NCBI GenBank assembly: GCA_045638685.1
Contig: JAZUBT010000018.1
Location: 12,329-76,328, forward strand
Length of the DNA: 64,000 nt
Direction of reading: 5' to 3'
From: Eubacteriales bacterium
GTDB lineage: Bacteria; Bacillota; Clostridia; Oscillospirales; CAG-272
Part shown: positions 48,016 through 55,956 of the stretch, piece by piece
How the letters are laid out: each line of letters opens with the position of its first letter
How positions within the stretch are numbered: the stretch's first letter is position 1
Program-made: the position numbers and the translations under genes
The notes under the pieces: model-generated
What the model was told of the DNA's origin: nothing
The model's input: only the letters and a program-made list of their open reading frames with translations
The model's database searches: none

Positions 48016-49092
48016 ATGGAAACTGTAAAAAGTACAAACACTAAATATAATGGAACAATAGAAATCCTCAGATATTTTTTCACTATCATAGTAGCTGTCT
48101 TACACTTGTGGCATAACTTATTCGGTAACGGGTGGCTATTTGAAGGAGGGTATCTCGCAGTAGATTTCTTCTTTATACTGTCCGGATTGTATATGTCCAT
48201 TTCTTTGGACAAAAGACCCCAAAACCCTTTTGTTTTCACCTTTAATAAGTGGAAAAACATGGCGTACATATACGTATCATCTATCCTTGTCTCATTACTA
48301 TTGCGAGGCACAAAAAGCCCGCTTTCAATAATCAAGGGAGCGTTTGTTGCCATACCGGATATTTTGGGCTTACAAATGAGCGGGTTTGCTTATCCATCGG
48401 CAAACGGCATTCTTTGGTATGTGTCATCCATGCTAATTGTTGGTTTTTTCCTATCTTTTTTATATACGAAAAATAAGGACGTGTTCGTGAAATTTTTGGC
48501 GCCAACATTCGTCCTGCTCGGATACGCTTATATTTTTCACAAAAATGGAAATCTCGATGCAACAAAAGCAATCGAAAACGGATTTATACCTCTGGGGATT
48601 ATAAGAGGGTTTAGCGGAATGAGCGCAGGTGTTCTTTTGAGAACAGGATGCGACGCATTCAAGGATTCTGTTAATGTCTGCAACAACAAAACAAAGGCAC
48701 TATTCTCTGCATTGCAGCTTTTTGGATTTGTCATTATGGCAATCTGTTTTGCAATGCCTCACTCAAAGTATGATTTTTATATGTTGTTTGCTATAATTGC
48801 CATATTAATCCCTTCGTATATCCAATGCTTTTTTGGAAGTTCCATATTCAATCGACTTGGAAACAATTTGGTTAAATTCTTTGGCAAGCAATTTAGCTTA
48901 GCAATGTATGCATATTCGACGATTGTTTATACAGTTCTTGGATATTTTATTGATTTCAACTCGTTGGGTAAGATCAAGGCTGTTTTAGTATATCTACCTG
49001 TTTTATTTGTAACGGGTTTAATTGTTTCGAAAATAACTGACTTTATATCAAAAATTCAAAAAAGGGAAAATAAACATGATACAAAAATTTGA
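48016..49092 (+). CDS. Membrane acyltransferase family 3 (OafA/WecH-like O-acetyltransferase)
   Basis: 358 aa and polytopic. IEILRYFFTIIVAVLHL and GGYLAVDFFFILSG are AT3 motifs. The gene is visibly more A+T-rich than its neighbours. Confidence 0.8.
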   Translation: METVKSTNTKYNGTIEILRYFFTIIVAVLHLWHNLFGNGWLFEGGYLAVDFFFILSGLYMSISLDKRPQNPFVFTFNKWKNMAYIYVSSILVSLLLRGTKSPLSIIKGAFVAIPDILGLQMSGFAYPSANGILWYVSSMLIVGFFLSFLYTKNKDVFVKFLAPTFVLLGYAYIFHKNGNLDATKAIENGFIPLGIIRGFSGMSAGVLLRTGCDAFKDSVNVCNNKTKALFSALQLFGFVIMAICFAMPHSKYDFYMLFAIIAILIPSYIQCFFGSSIFNRLGNNLVKFFGKQFSLAMYAYSTIVYTVLGYFIDFNSLGKIKAVLVYLPVLFVTGLIVSKITDFISKIQKRENKHDTKI

Positions 49093-49648
49093 ATTTAACG
49101 AGCTTGACCTGAAGGGCGCTTATCACATTAAGCCGTTTTACGCCACCGACGATCGCGGCGGCTTGATTAAAGACTACAATATTGATACCTTCAAGGCAAA
49201 CGGAATAGACCATGATTTAAAAGAGGTGTTCTATACTCTTTCCAAGCGAGGCGTCATTCGAGCTACGCACTTCCAGCTGGTAAAGCAACAGGCTAAGCTT
49301 GTGCGCTGTGTAAGCGGCCATGTATATGACGTAATCGTCGATCTTAGACCTGACTCTCCTACGTTCGGTCAATGGAGAGGCTTCCACCTGACCGGCGATA
49401 ATACGGAAATGCTGCTGGTTCCTCAGTATTTCGGACACGGATACCTTGTTTTGGAGGATTCCGTAGTATCCTACAAGTGCGCTGAGGTCTTCTATGGTGA
49501 AGGCGATTCAGGCATCATGTATAACGATCCGGACATCGGTATTGAATGGCCCTTTGAGAAGATCGGCGGCATCGAAAATCTAATCATCAGCGAAAAAGAT
49601 AAGAACCTAATGAGTTTTAAGGAGTACAAGGAAATTGTCAAAAAATAA
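49076..49648 (+). CDS. RmlC-like cupin sugar-nucleotide 3,5-(or 5-)epimerase
   Basis: 190 aa. F.D.RG (DDRGGLIKDY), IRATHFQ and VYDVIVDLRPDSPTFGQW follow the dTDP-4-dehydrorhamnose 3,5-epimerase pattern. It overlaps the AT3 gene end by 17 nt. Confidence 0.85.
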   Translation: MIQKFEFNELDLKGAYHIKPFYATDDRGGLIKDYNIDTFKANGIDHDLKEVFYTLSKRGVIRATHFQLVKQQAKLVRCVSGHVYDVIVDLRPDSPTFGQWRGFHLTGDNTEMLLVPQYFGHGYLVLEDSVVSYKCAEVFYGEGDSGIMYNDPDIGIEWPFEKIGGIENLIISEKDKNLMSFKEYKEIVKK

Positions 49649-51095
49649 AAGCAGTGCAGGATATATTTGGTCCCTGCTTGAAAGATTTATGTCGCAGGGT
49701 GTAACCCTCATCGTTTCAATTGTTCTTGCAAGACTTTTAGATCCTTCCCATTACGGAACGGTTGCTATCGTTACCATTTTCACCACCCTTGGCATTACGT
49801 TTGTTACCGCAGGCTTTGGAGCGGCGCTTGTACAGATGCAAAGCCCCGAAAAAGAGGATTACAACACGGCCTTTACGTTAAATCTTACCATTTCAATCGT
49901 GCTTTATGCGGTTCTCTATTTAACAGCTCCGGCAATCGCGGTGTTCTATGAAACACCGGAGCTGACAAAGGTGCTTCGCATAATGTCGCTACTTTTACCC
50001 ATTTCCGCATTCAGTACCATCAAATATGCCTATCTGCAAAAGCAGTTCCAATTTAAGAAATACGCTATGGTTACCTTGTGTGGCGGCATAGTCTCCGGAA
50101 TCATCGGTATTGCAATGGCGCTGGCAGGGTTTGGCGTGTATGCGTTGGTGGCACAGTCCATGTCAAAATATTTAATCGACATGATAGTGCTGACCGTTGT
50201 GTGCCCCCTGAAAACACACATTGGCTTTTCTGCACAGCGCTGCAGAAAAATGTTTCCCTTTGCATCCCGTGTGTTCCTTTCTACGCTGGTTATGAATATC
50301 GAAAGCGACATTCGCGGACTGGTAATCGGAAAAAAATACACCTCAAGCGACCTCGCTTATTATAACAAGTCCGCCACCTTTCCGAAAATGATCGTTATGA
50401 ATACCAACGGGGCGGTATCGAGAGTCCTGTTCCCAACCATTTCAGGTCATCAAAACGACCTTAATAAGGTGGTTGCAGTTGTCAGAAAAAACGTTGTTAT
50501 GCAGTCGTTTCTAATCACTCCGCTGATAGTTGGACTTATGGCGGTGGCAAAGTCATTTATCCTAACACTGCTTGGCGAAGCTTGGGCGCCGGCAATCCCG
50601 TTTATGTATCTTATCTGTCTGACTTACCTCATGATGCCATATGAGAACACCTGCAAGGAGGCACTTCTCGGAATAGGTAGGAGCGACCTTGTGTTTAAGG
50701 ATATGCTCATAACCAAGACGGTTAGCCTCGCTACGATCATTTTAGCGGTTGTTTTCACAAACAGCGTTCATTTAATAGCTGTTGGCGGCATAGTGGCAAC
50801 CGTTGTCAGCCTCGTTTTGTATTCAATTCAGATGAGAAAACATTTTAGTTATTATATTAAAGAGCAAATTCAGGATTTGGGCGGCGCGTACCTCTGCTGC
50901 TTAATTATGGGCGTGGCAACCTTCAGCATTAATTTCTTGAACCTGACACCCTTTATCACCCTGATTATTCAAATAGCGTTTGGCATCGTACTGTACTGCG
51001 TTCTTGCAAAGCTGTTCCGCTTAAAGGCTTTTAACGATACTATTAAGATGATTACCAAAAGGAGAAAACAAAATGTCCAAGACCAAAAAGCTTGA
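49635..51095 (+). CDS. wzx: Polysaccharide flippase (MOP/PST superfamily)
   Basis: 486 aa with a TTG start and 12-14 hydrophobic segments. The N-terminal SLLERFMSQGVTLIVSIVLARLL is typical of Wzx/RfbX. Confidence 0.8.
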   Translation: MSKNKSSAGYIWSLLERFMSQGVTLIVSIVLARLLDPSHYGTVAIVTIFTTLGITFVTAGFGAALVQMQSPEKEDYNTAFTLNLTISIVLYAVLYLTAPAIAVFYETPELTKVLRIMSLLLPISAFSTIKYAYLQKQFQFKKYAMVTLCGGIVSGIIGIAMALAGFGVYALVAQSMSKYLIDMIVLTVVCPLKTHIGFSAQRCRKMFPFASRVFLSTLVMNIESDIRGLVIGKKYTSSDLAYYNKSATFPKMIVMNTNGAVSRVLFPTISGHQNDLNKVVAVVRKNVVMQSFLITPLIVGLMAVAKSFILTLLGEAWAPAIPFMYLICLTYLMMPYENTCKEALLGIGRSDLVFKDMLITKTVSLATIILAVVFTNSVHLIAVGGIVATVVSLVLYSIQMRKHFSYYIKEQIQDLGGAYLCCLIMGVATFSINFLNLTPFITLIIQIAFGIVLYCVLAKLFRLKAFNDTIKMITKRRKQNVQDQKA

Positions 51096-52116
51096 CGTTT
51101 GTTATGCGTCCAGCGACGAGTTTGCTATACATACCGGAATTTCGCTGCTGTCCCTGCTCGACAACAACCGTGGTATAATAGGCACCGCGTACATTCTGGA
51201 TTACGGTATCCTCGAAAATAACAAACAAAACCTTACAGGCATTTGCCAAAAATACGGCGTATCCTGCACCTTCGTTCCGTCCAAGGAGATTTTGACAGAG
51301 CTTGGAGAGAAAACGGGAATAAAAAACTTCAGAAACAGCTATGCAACCTATTCCCGCGCATTTCTTGACAAGCTGCTTCCGGAAAACGTGGACAGAGTTC
51401 TGTATATTGACTCCGACACCGTGGCAAAGGGCAGCGTTGCAGAGCTTTGCGATTATGATATGACGGACAAGGTAGTCGTTGGCTGTGCATGCAGCGGCTT
51501 TTACGGAATCAGAAAGGATAAAAAGGATAGAGCTTCCGAACTGGATGTTTTGACAGGAAACACGCTATACATTCAGTGCGGTGTAGTCATGTACTCTCTT
51601 GCAAACTGGAGAAAAGAGGGCTGTCACGAAATGATTATGAAGACAGCTCCCAAGCTTAAGGCTCTCCCGCTTGCGGACCAAACGCTTATCAACAACTCAA
51701 TTCCGGAACGACTTTTTGGAATTTACTCACAGAAATACAACCTTACGTCGCACGCCTACTGTAAAAAGCGTTCTGCTACTTGTATGATGGCAGGTGGCTG
51801 GTACACGAAGGAGGAGGTGTACGACGCGCTGGAAAACGCCGTCATTATCCATTTTGCCGGCGGACCGCTCCAAAGACCATGGTACACAAATAACGGTTCG
51901 AGATATTCGGAGTGGTACTTAAAATACAAAGCACTTTCTCCTTGGAAGGACGTTCCGCTGATAGATAGAAAAGCTTTCCAAAACATTAAGGGCTTTCGCG
52001 CGAATGCAAAGGATTTCTTGCGACTTCGTGCCATGAGAACCAATTCCCATCTTCTCTCAAGAATTTACGGCAAAATAAGCGGGTGCTTAGAAAAGCGGAT
52101 AAAAAGGAGATCTTAA
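51073..52116 (+). CDS. Glycosyltransferase family 8
   Basis: 347 aa. It has the LYIDSDTV DxD motif and the GT8 layout (YASSDEFAIHTG...HFAGGPLQRPW). Confidence 0.8.
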   Translation: MSKTKKLDVCYASSDEFAIHTGISLLSLLDNNRGIIGTAYILDYGILENNKQNLTGICQKYGVSCTFVPSKEILTELGEKTGIKNFRNSYATYSRAFLDKLLPENVDRVLYIDSDTVAKGSVAELCDYDMTDKVVVGCACSGFYGIRKDKKDRASELDVLTGNTLYIQCGVVMYSLANWRKEGCHEMIMKTAPKLKALPLADQTLINNSIPERLFGIYSQKYNLTSHAYCKKRSATCMMAGGWYTKEEVYDALENAVIIHFAGGPLQRPWYTNNGSRYSEWYLKYKALSPWKDVPLIDRKAFQNIKGFRANAKDFLRLRAMRTNSHLLSRIYGKISGCLEKRIKRRS

Positions 52117-53201
52117 TGGACAGTCAAAACAAAGAAATAAAAAAGATTGCTTTTGTTATTAACAAGGTTACCCTTTCCGGAGGAGCGGAACGAGTTGTTT
52201 GCACTCTTGCTTCAGAGCTTTCGCGCCGCGGAATTGACACGACAATTATTACACAGCAAAACACTGAATGTGGATATTCAATTGATGAAAATGTAAAAAT
52301 TTGGGCGGCTAAAGCAAACGGCAGAATTTCAATATTTCGAAATTTCGTCCGCAATTCTGCTATGCGGAAATATATAAAAAACCAGAAGTTTGATGTGGTT
52401 ATATCTTTCATTACGGCAATGAATATTCAAACAATTCTTTTCACTCGAGGGCTGAAAAGCAAAATTGTAGTATCTGAAAGAATTTTCCCCGCCACAATCA
52501 AACAGCCTAAAAAGTTTTTTAGCAAAATCATTTATCCTTTGGCTGACGGAATAGTTTTCCAAACCGAAGAGGCAAGAAATTGCTTTAAAGGGAAGGTTAG
52601 AAAAAAGGGTTGCGTAATATTCAACCCTTTAACACAAAATCTTCCGTCTGCGAGCGAAACAAAGAGCAAATATATTGTAACGGTCGGCAGACTGACTGAA
52701 CAGAAAAACCACAAGCTCTTGATAAGCGCGTTCAAAGAGTTTAGCGAAAACCACCCCGATTACGAACTTAGAATATACGGCAGCGGCCCCTTGAAGCAAG
52801 AGCTGGAGCAGTTTTCAGAGAGCCTTGATATTTCGGATAAGGTGCGCCTGATGGGTGCGGTAGAAAACGTTACAGAATATATAAAAGATGCGGCAATGTT
52901 CGTGTTATCGAGCGATTTTGAGGGAATGCCAAACGTTTTGGCAGAAGCAATGGCTATTGGACTTCCGTGTGTATCTACCGATTGCCTTGGCGGCGGCGCG
53001 GCTGCGCTGATTCGGGACGGAGATAATGGGCTGCTGGTTCCGTGCAATGACGTTCAGAGCCTGCTTGCTGCCATGGAAAAAGTGGCAGACGATACGGCTT
53101 TGGCAGAGGCGCTTACAGGAAGAGCAAAGGAAATAAAAGACGAACTGAGTGTAGAAAGAATAACTCAGAACTGGCTGGATTACTGTAAATCTTTATTTTA
53201 A
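52116..53201 (+). CDS. Glycosyltransferase, GT4
   Basis: The ATG at 52116 forms a TAATG overlap with the GT8 stop. It carries GGAERV and FEGMPNVLAEAMAIGLPCVST and is a paralogue of the gene at 42633-43748. The track start at 52083 is an extension. Confidence 0.85.
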   Translation: MDSQNKEIKKIAFVINKVTLSGGAERVVCTLASELSRRGIDTTIITQQNTECGYSIDENVKIWAAKANGRISIFRNFVRNSAMRKYIKNQKFDVVISFITAMNIQTILFTRGLKSKIVVSERIFPATIKQPKKFFSKIIYPLADGIVFQTEEARNCFKGKVRKKGCVIFNPLTQNLPSASETKSKYIVTVGRLTEQKNHKLLISAFKEFSENHPDYELRIYGSGPLKQELEQFSESLDISDKVRLMGAVENVTEYIKDAAMFVLSSDFEGMPNVLAEAMAIGLPCVSTDCLGGGAAALIRDGDNGLLVPCNDVQSLLAAMEKVADDTALAEALTGRAKEIKDELSVERITQNWLDYCKSLF

Positions 53202-53215
53202 CTTGCGCAAATAAC

Positions 53216-54145
53216 ATGGCTATATATGAAACCAAAAAGAGGACAACACTAATGAATAGGATAAAAAAACTTTTTAACTTACCGAGATTGTCATCGAGAG
53301 GGCTTCTCAACTGGATGCCCGATAGCTTGTATTTAAAACTGCGATACAAATCAAGGTTGGGCAAAAAGCTCGATCTTAAAGAGCCAAAGACGTTCAATGA
53401 AAAACTCCAGTGGTTAAAGCTCTACAACAGAAATCCCATTTATACAACAATGGTTGATAAATGCGATGCAAAGAAATACGTTGCTGAGCGAATTGGCGAG
53501 GAGTATATCATACCGACGTTAGGCGTATGGGAAAAATTCGAAGACATAGATTTTGACGCTTTGCCTAAGCAGTTTGTACTTAAATGCACCCACGACAGCG
53601 GAGGACTTGTTATTTGTCGAGACAAAAAACAGCTTGATTTGGAAGACGCAAGAAAAAAGATAAACAAGTCCTTAAAAAGGAATTATTATTGGCATACAAG
53701 AGAATGGCCATATAAAAACGTTAAACCCCGTATTATTGCAGAGCAATACATGGAAGACAGCGTAACAAAAGAACTGCGTGATTATAAGTTTTTCTGTTTC
53801 AACGGAAAAATGAAGGTAATGTTTATTGCTTCAGAACGGTACAACGAGGCAACCGAAACGCGTTTTGATTTCTTCGACCGCGATTTTCAGCACCTTGATT
53901 TTCGCAACGGACATCCCAACGCCGACGTTCCGCCCGCAAAACCCGAAAAATTTGAGGAAATGTGTGTGTTGGCAGAAAAGCTATCGGATAATCTCCCACT
54001 TCTCCGTGTGGATTTTTATGATGTTGACGGAAAAATTTACTTTGGCGAGTTAACTTTTTCTCACTGGGGCGGCATGATGCCTTTTGAACCTGAAGAATGG
54101 GATAGAAAATTAGGCGATTGGATAGAACTGCCTACAAAAAAATAA
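53216..54145 (+). CDS. TupA-like ATP-grasp amidoligase, copy 1
   Basis: KTFNEKLQWLKLYN, LKCTHDSGGLVICRD and YKFFCFNGKMKVMF fit the ATP-grasp TupA-like family, judged from memory. The alternative start ATG at 53252 has a better SD (AAGAGGA). Confidence 0.72.
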   Translation: MAIYETKKRTTLMNRIKKLFNLPRLSSRGLLNWMPDSLYLKLRYKSRLGKKLDLKEPKTFNEKLQWLKLYNRNPIYTTMVDKCDAKKYVAERIGEEYIIPTLGVWEKFEDIDFDALPKQFVLKCTHDSGGLVICRDKKQLDLEDARKKINKSLKRNYYWHTREWPYKNVKPRIIAEQYMEDSVTKELRDYKFFCFNGKMKVMFIASERYNEATETRFDFFDRDFQHLDFRNGHPNADVPPAKPEKFEEMCVLAEKLSDNLPLLRVDFYDVDGKIYFGELTFSHWGGMMPFEPEEWDRKLGDWIELPTKK

Positions 54146-54211
54146 TTACCGCAACAGTTGTTTACAGCACAAAAACAGTTTGAATATAAAATACGTAAAT
54201 ATAAGACAAAA
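54141..54211 (+). repeat. Intergenic direct repeat R, copy A (~71 nt)
   Basis: AATAATTACCGCAACAGTTGTTTACAGCACAAAAACAGTTTGAATATAAAATACGTAAATATAAGACAAAA. It begins at the stop codon of tupA-like copy 1 and contains the hairpin (T/C)TGTTT...AAACAG. Confidence 0.85.
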
Positions 54212-54227
54212 AGAGAGGTTTTATCAA

Positions 54228-54803
54228 ATGTTGCCTGTTGAAAAGAGAATCAAGTCAAAGCAAGACCTGAACGAGTTTTTACGTGCAGAACTTAAGCATA
54301 TTAAGGTTGGAAGAATTGCATATTTATTACAACACGGAGAAAAGGCAATTCTGAAAAAATGTTTGATTTTACTTCGCAAGGCAGAGTATTATACGAACAC
54401 AAAAAAGAAAATAAGAGCGGCGATTTATTGTTTCAGACTGATGAAACTCCAAAATAACTATGCGATGCACATTCCTATGAATTGCTGTGACAAGGGCCTT
54501 AGGCTGATGCACGTTGGCCCAATTTTGATGAATAGCAAGGTTACGGTAGGCGAAAATTGCACTATCCACATAAATACAGCGTTGGTCGCCGGAGGAACTA
54601 ACGACGAAGCACCAACGCTTTGCGACGGTGTTATTGTCGGAGTAGGCGCGGTGATTTTGGGAGGTATAACGGTTGCAAAGAATGTGGCAATCGGAGCCAA
54701 CGCAGTTGTTAACCGAGATGTTTTGGAAGAGGATATAGCTATTGCAGGTGTTCCTGCAAAGAAAATAAGCAACAACGGCAGAACTGCTTGGAACAAAAAA
54801 TAA
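54228..54803 (+). CDS. Serine-acetyltransferase-like (WcaB/CysE-type) hexapeptide O-acetyltransferase
   Basis: The ATG at 54228 follows AGAGAGG. Repeats are VGENCTIHINTALVAGG...CDGVIVGVGAVILGGITVAKNVAIGANAVV. The track start at 54180 (TTG) lies inside repeat R. Confidence 0.75.
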   Translation: MLPVEKRIKSKQDLNEFLRAELKHIKVGRIAYLLQHGEKAILKKCLILLRKAEYYTNTKKKIRAAIYCFRLMKLQNNYAMHIPMNCCDKGLRLMHVGPILMNSKVTVGENCTIHINTALVAGGTNDEAPTLCDGVIVGVGAVILGGITVAKNVAIGANAVVNRDVLEEDIAIAGVPAKKISNNGRTAWNKK

Positions 54804-54870
54804 TTACCGCAACAACTGTTTACAGCACAAAAAACAGTTTGAATATAAAATATGTAAACATAAGACAAAA
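54799..54870 (+). repeat. Intergenic direct repeat R, copy B (~72 nt)
   Basis: AATAATTACCGCAACAACTGTTTACAGCACAAAAAACAGTTTGAATATAAAATATGTAAACATAAGACAAAA. It differs from copy A at about five positions and begins at the stop codon of the acetyltransferase. Confidence 0.85.
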
Positions 54871-55862
54871 TGTCGATTGTCGGAAGAGTTTATATGGCTC
54901 AACCGACGGTTGATGCAAATGAAGAAAAAAAGAGAGCAACCTCTAAGGTTGACAAAAATATAACGGAGGTATTAAAAGTGAGTATAAGATTACGCCTAAT
55001 AAGAGGGCTTACAGCGAGGAAACTTTTGAATTGGGTTCCCGACAAGTTATTTTTAAAGCTTCTTTATAAAGAAAGAATGGGTAAGAAATTAAATCTTGAA
55101 AATCCCAAAACGTTTAACGAGAAGCTTCAGTGGTTAAAGCTCTATGACAGAAAACCCGTTTATACACAAATGGTAGATAAATTCGAAGCCAAAAACTATG
55201 TGGCAACAAAGTTCGGCGAGCAGTACATAATTCCAACTCTTGGGGTGTGGGAGAAATTTGACGACATTGATTTCGACGCCCTTCCCGACAAGTTTGTGCT
55301 GAAATGCACGCATGACAGCGGCGGGCTTGTCATCTGTCAGGATAAGAGTAAGCTTGACAAGGAGGCCGCACGCGCAAAAATCGAGCGCTCTCTGAAACGA
55401 AATTATTATTATAGCAGTCGTGAATGGCCCTACAAAGACGTTAAACCTCGTATTATTGCCGAGCAGTTCTTAGAGGATATGGACGAGCTTGTAGAATACA
55501 AGATGTTCTGCTTTAACGGTGAAGTGAAAATGGTTTTGGTCTGCAAAGGACAAGCGCACGGCGCGGGCAGAACAAACGACTTTTGCGACATCAATCTTAA
55601 ACGGTATCCCTTTGTTTCGTTAAACCCCAATTCAAAAGGAGAGCTCACAGTGCCGAAAGAAATGCCCGAGCTACTCTCATTTGCAGAAAAGCTTTCCGCA
55701 GGAATCCCTCAGCTTCGTGTTGATACGTATCTTGCAGACGGAAGGATTTATTTTGGTGAGCTGACGTTTTTCCATAATAGTGGTATGGCGACCTTTGATC
55801 CTCCGGAGTGGGATGAAAAAATAGGTAGCTGGATTCAACTTCCAAAGAAGGAGAATATATAA
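54870..55862 (+). CDS. TupA-like ATP-grasp amidoligase, copy 2
   Basis: Paralogue of 53216-54145 (KTFNEKLQWLKLYD, LKCTHDSGGLVICQD, YKMFCFNGEVKMVL, GRIYFGELTFFH). The likely true start is GTG 54978, which follows GGAGG plus 8 nt. Confidence 0.72.
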   Translation: MSIVGRVYMAQPTVDANEEKKRATSKVDKNITEVLKVSIRLRLIRGLTARKLLNWVPDKLFLKLLYKERMGKKLNLENPKTFNEKLQWLKLYDRKPVYTQMVDKFEAKNYVATKFGEQYIIPTLGVWEKFDDIDFDALPDKFVLKCTHDSGGLVICQDKSKLDKEAARAKIERSLKRNYYYSSREWPYKDVKPRIIAEQFLEDMDELVEYKMFCFNGEVKMVLVCKGQAHGAGRTNDFCDINLKRYPFVSLNPNSKGELTVPKEMPELLSFAEKLSAGIPQLRVDTYLADGRIYFGELTFFHNSGMATFDPPEWDEKIGSWIQLPKKENI

Positions 55863-55863
55863 C

Positions 55864-55956
55864 ATGGAATTAGTATTATCAATTTTGTTTGGCGTATGGT
55901 ATGTAATTTCTGCCCTTTTCTATGGATATATGGTTAAAAAGGGGGGAGACGAATGA
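55864..55956 (+). CDS. Small hydrophobic ORF (30 aa) translationally coupled to the symporter
   Basis: Absent from the track. Translation is MELVLSILFGVWYVISALFYGYMVKKGGDE*, one TM helix plus a basic tail. Its TGA (55954-55956) overlaps the symporter ATG (55953-55955) as ATGA. GGGGGGAG inside its 3' end serves as the SD for the symporter. Confidence 0.45.
   Translation: MELVLSILFGVWYVISALFYGYMVKKGGDE

Noticed and set aside
54141-54870. Possibility that the ~71-nt repeats represent a CRISPR array or a miniature mobile element.
   Set aside because: - There are only two copies, separated by a complete gene rather than a short spacer.
- There are no cas genes, no terminal inverted repeats and no target-site duplication.
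- The pair is better described as a local duplication or recombination scar.
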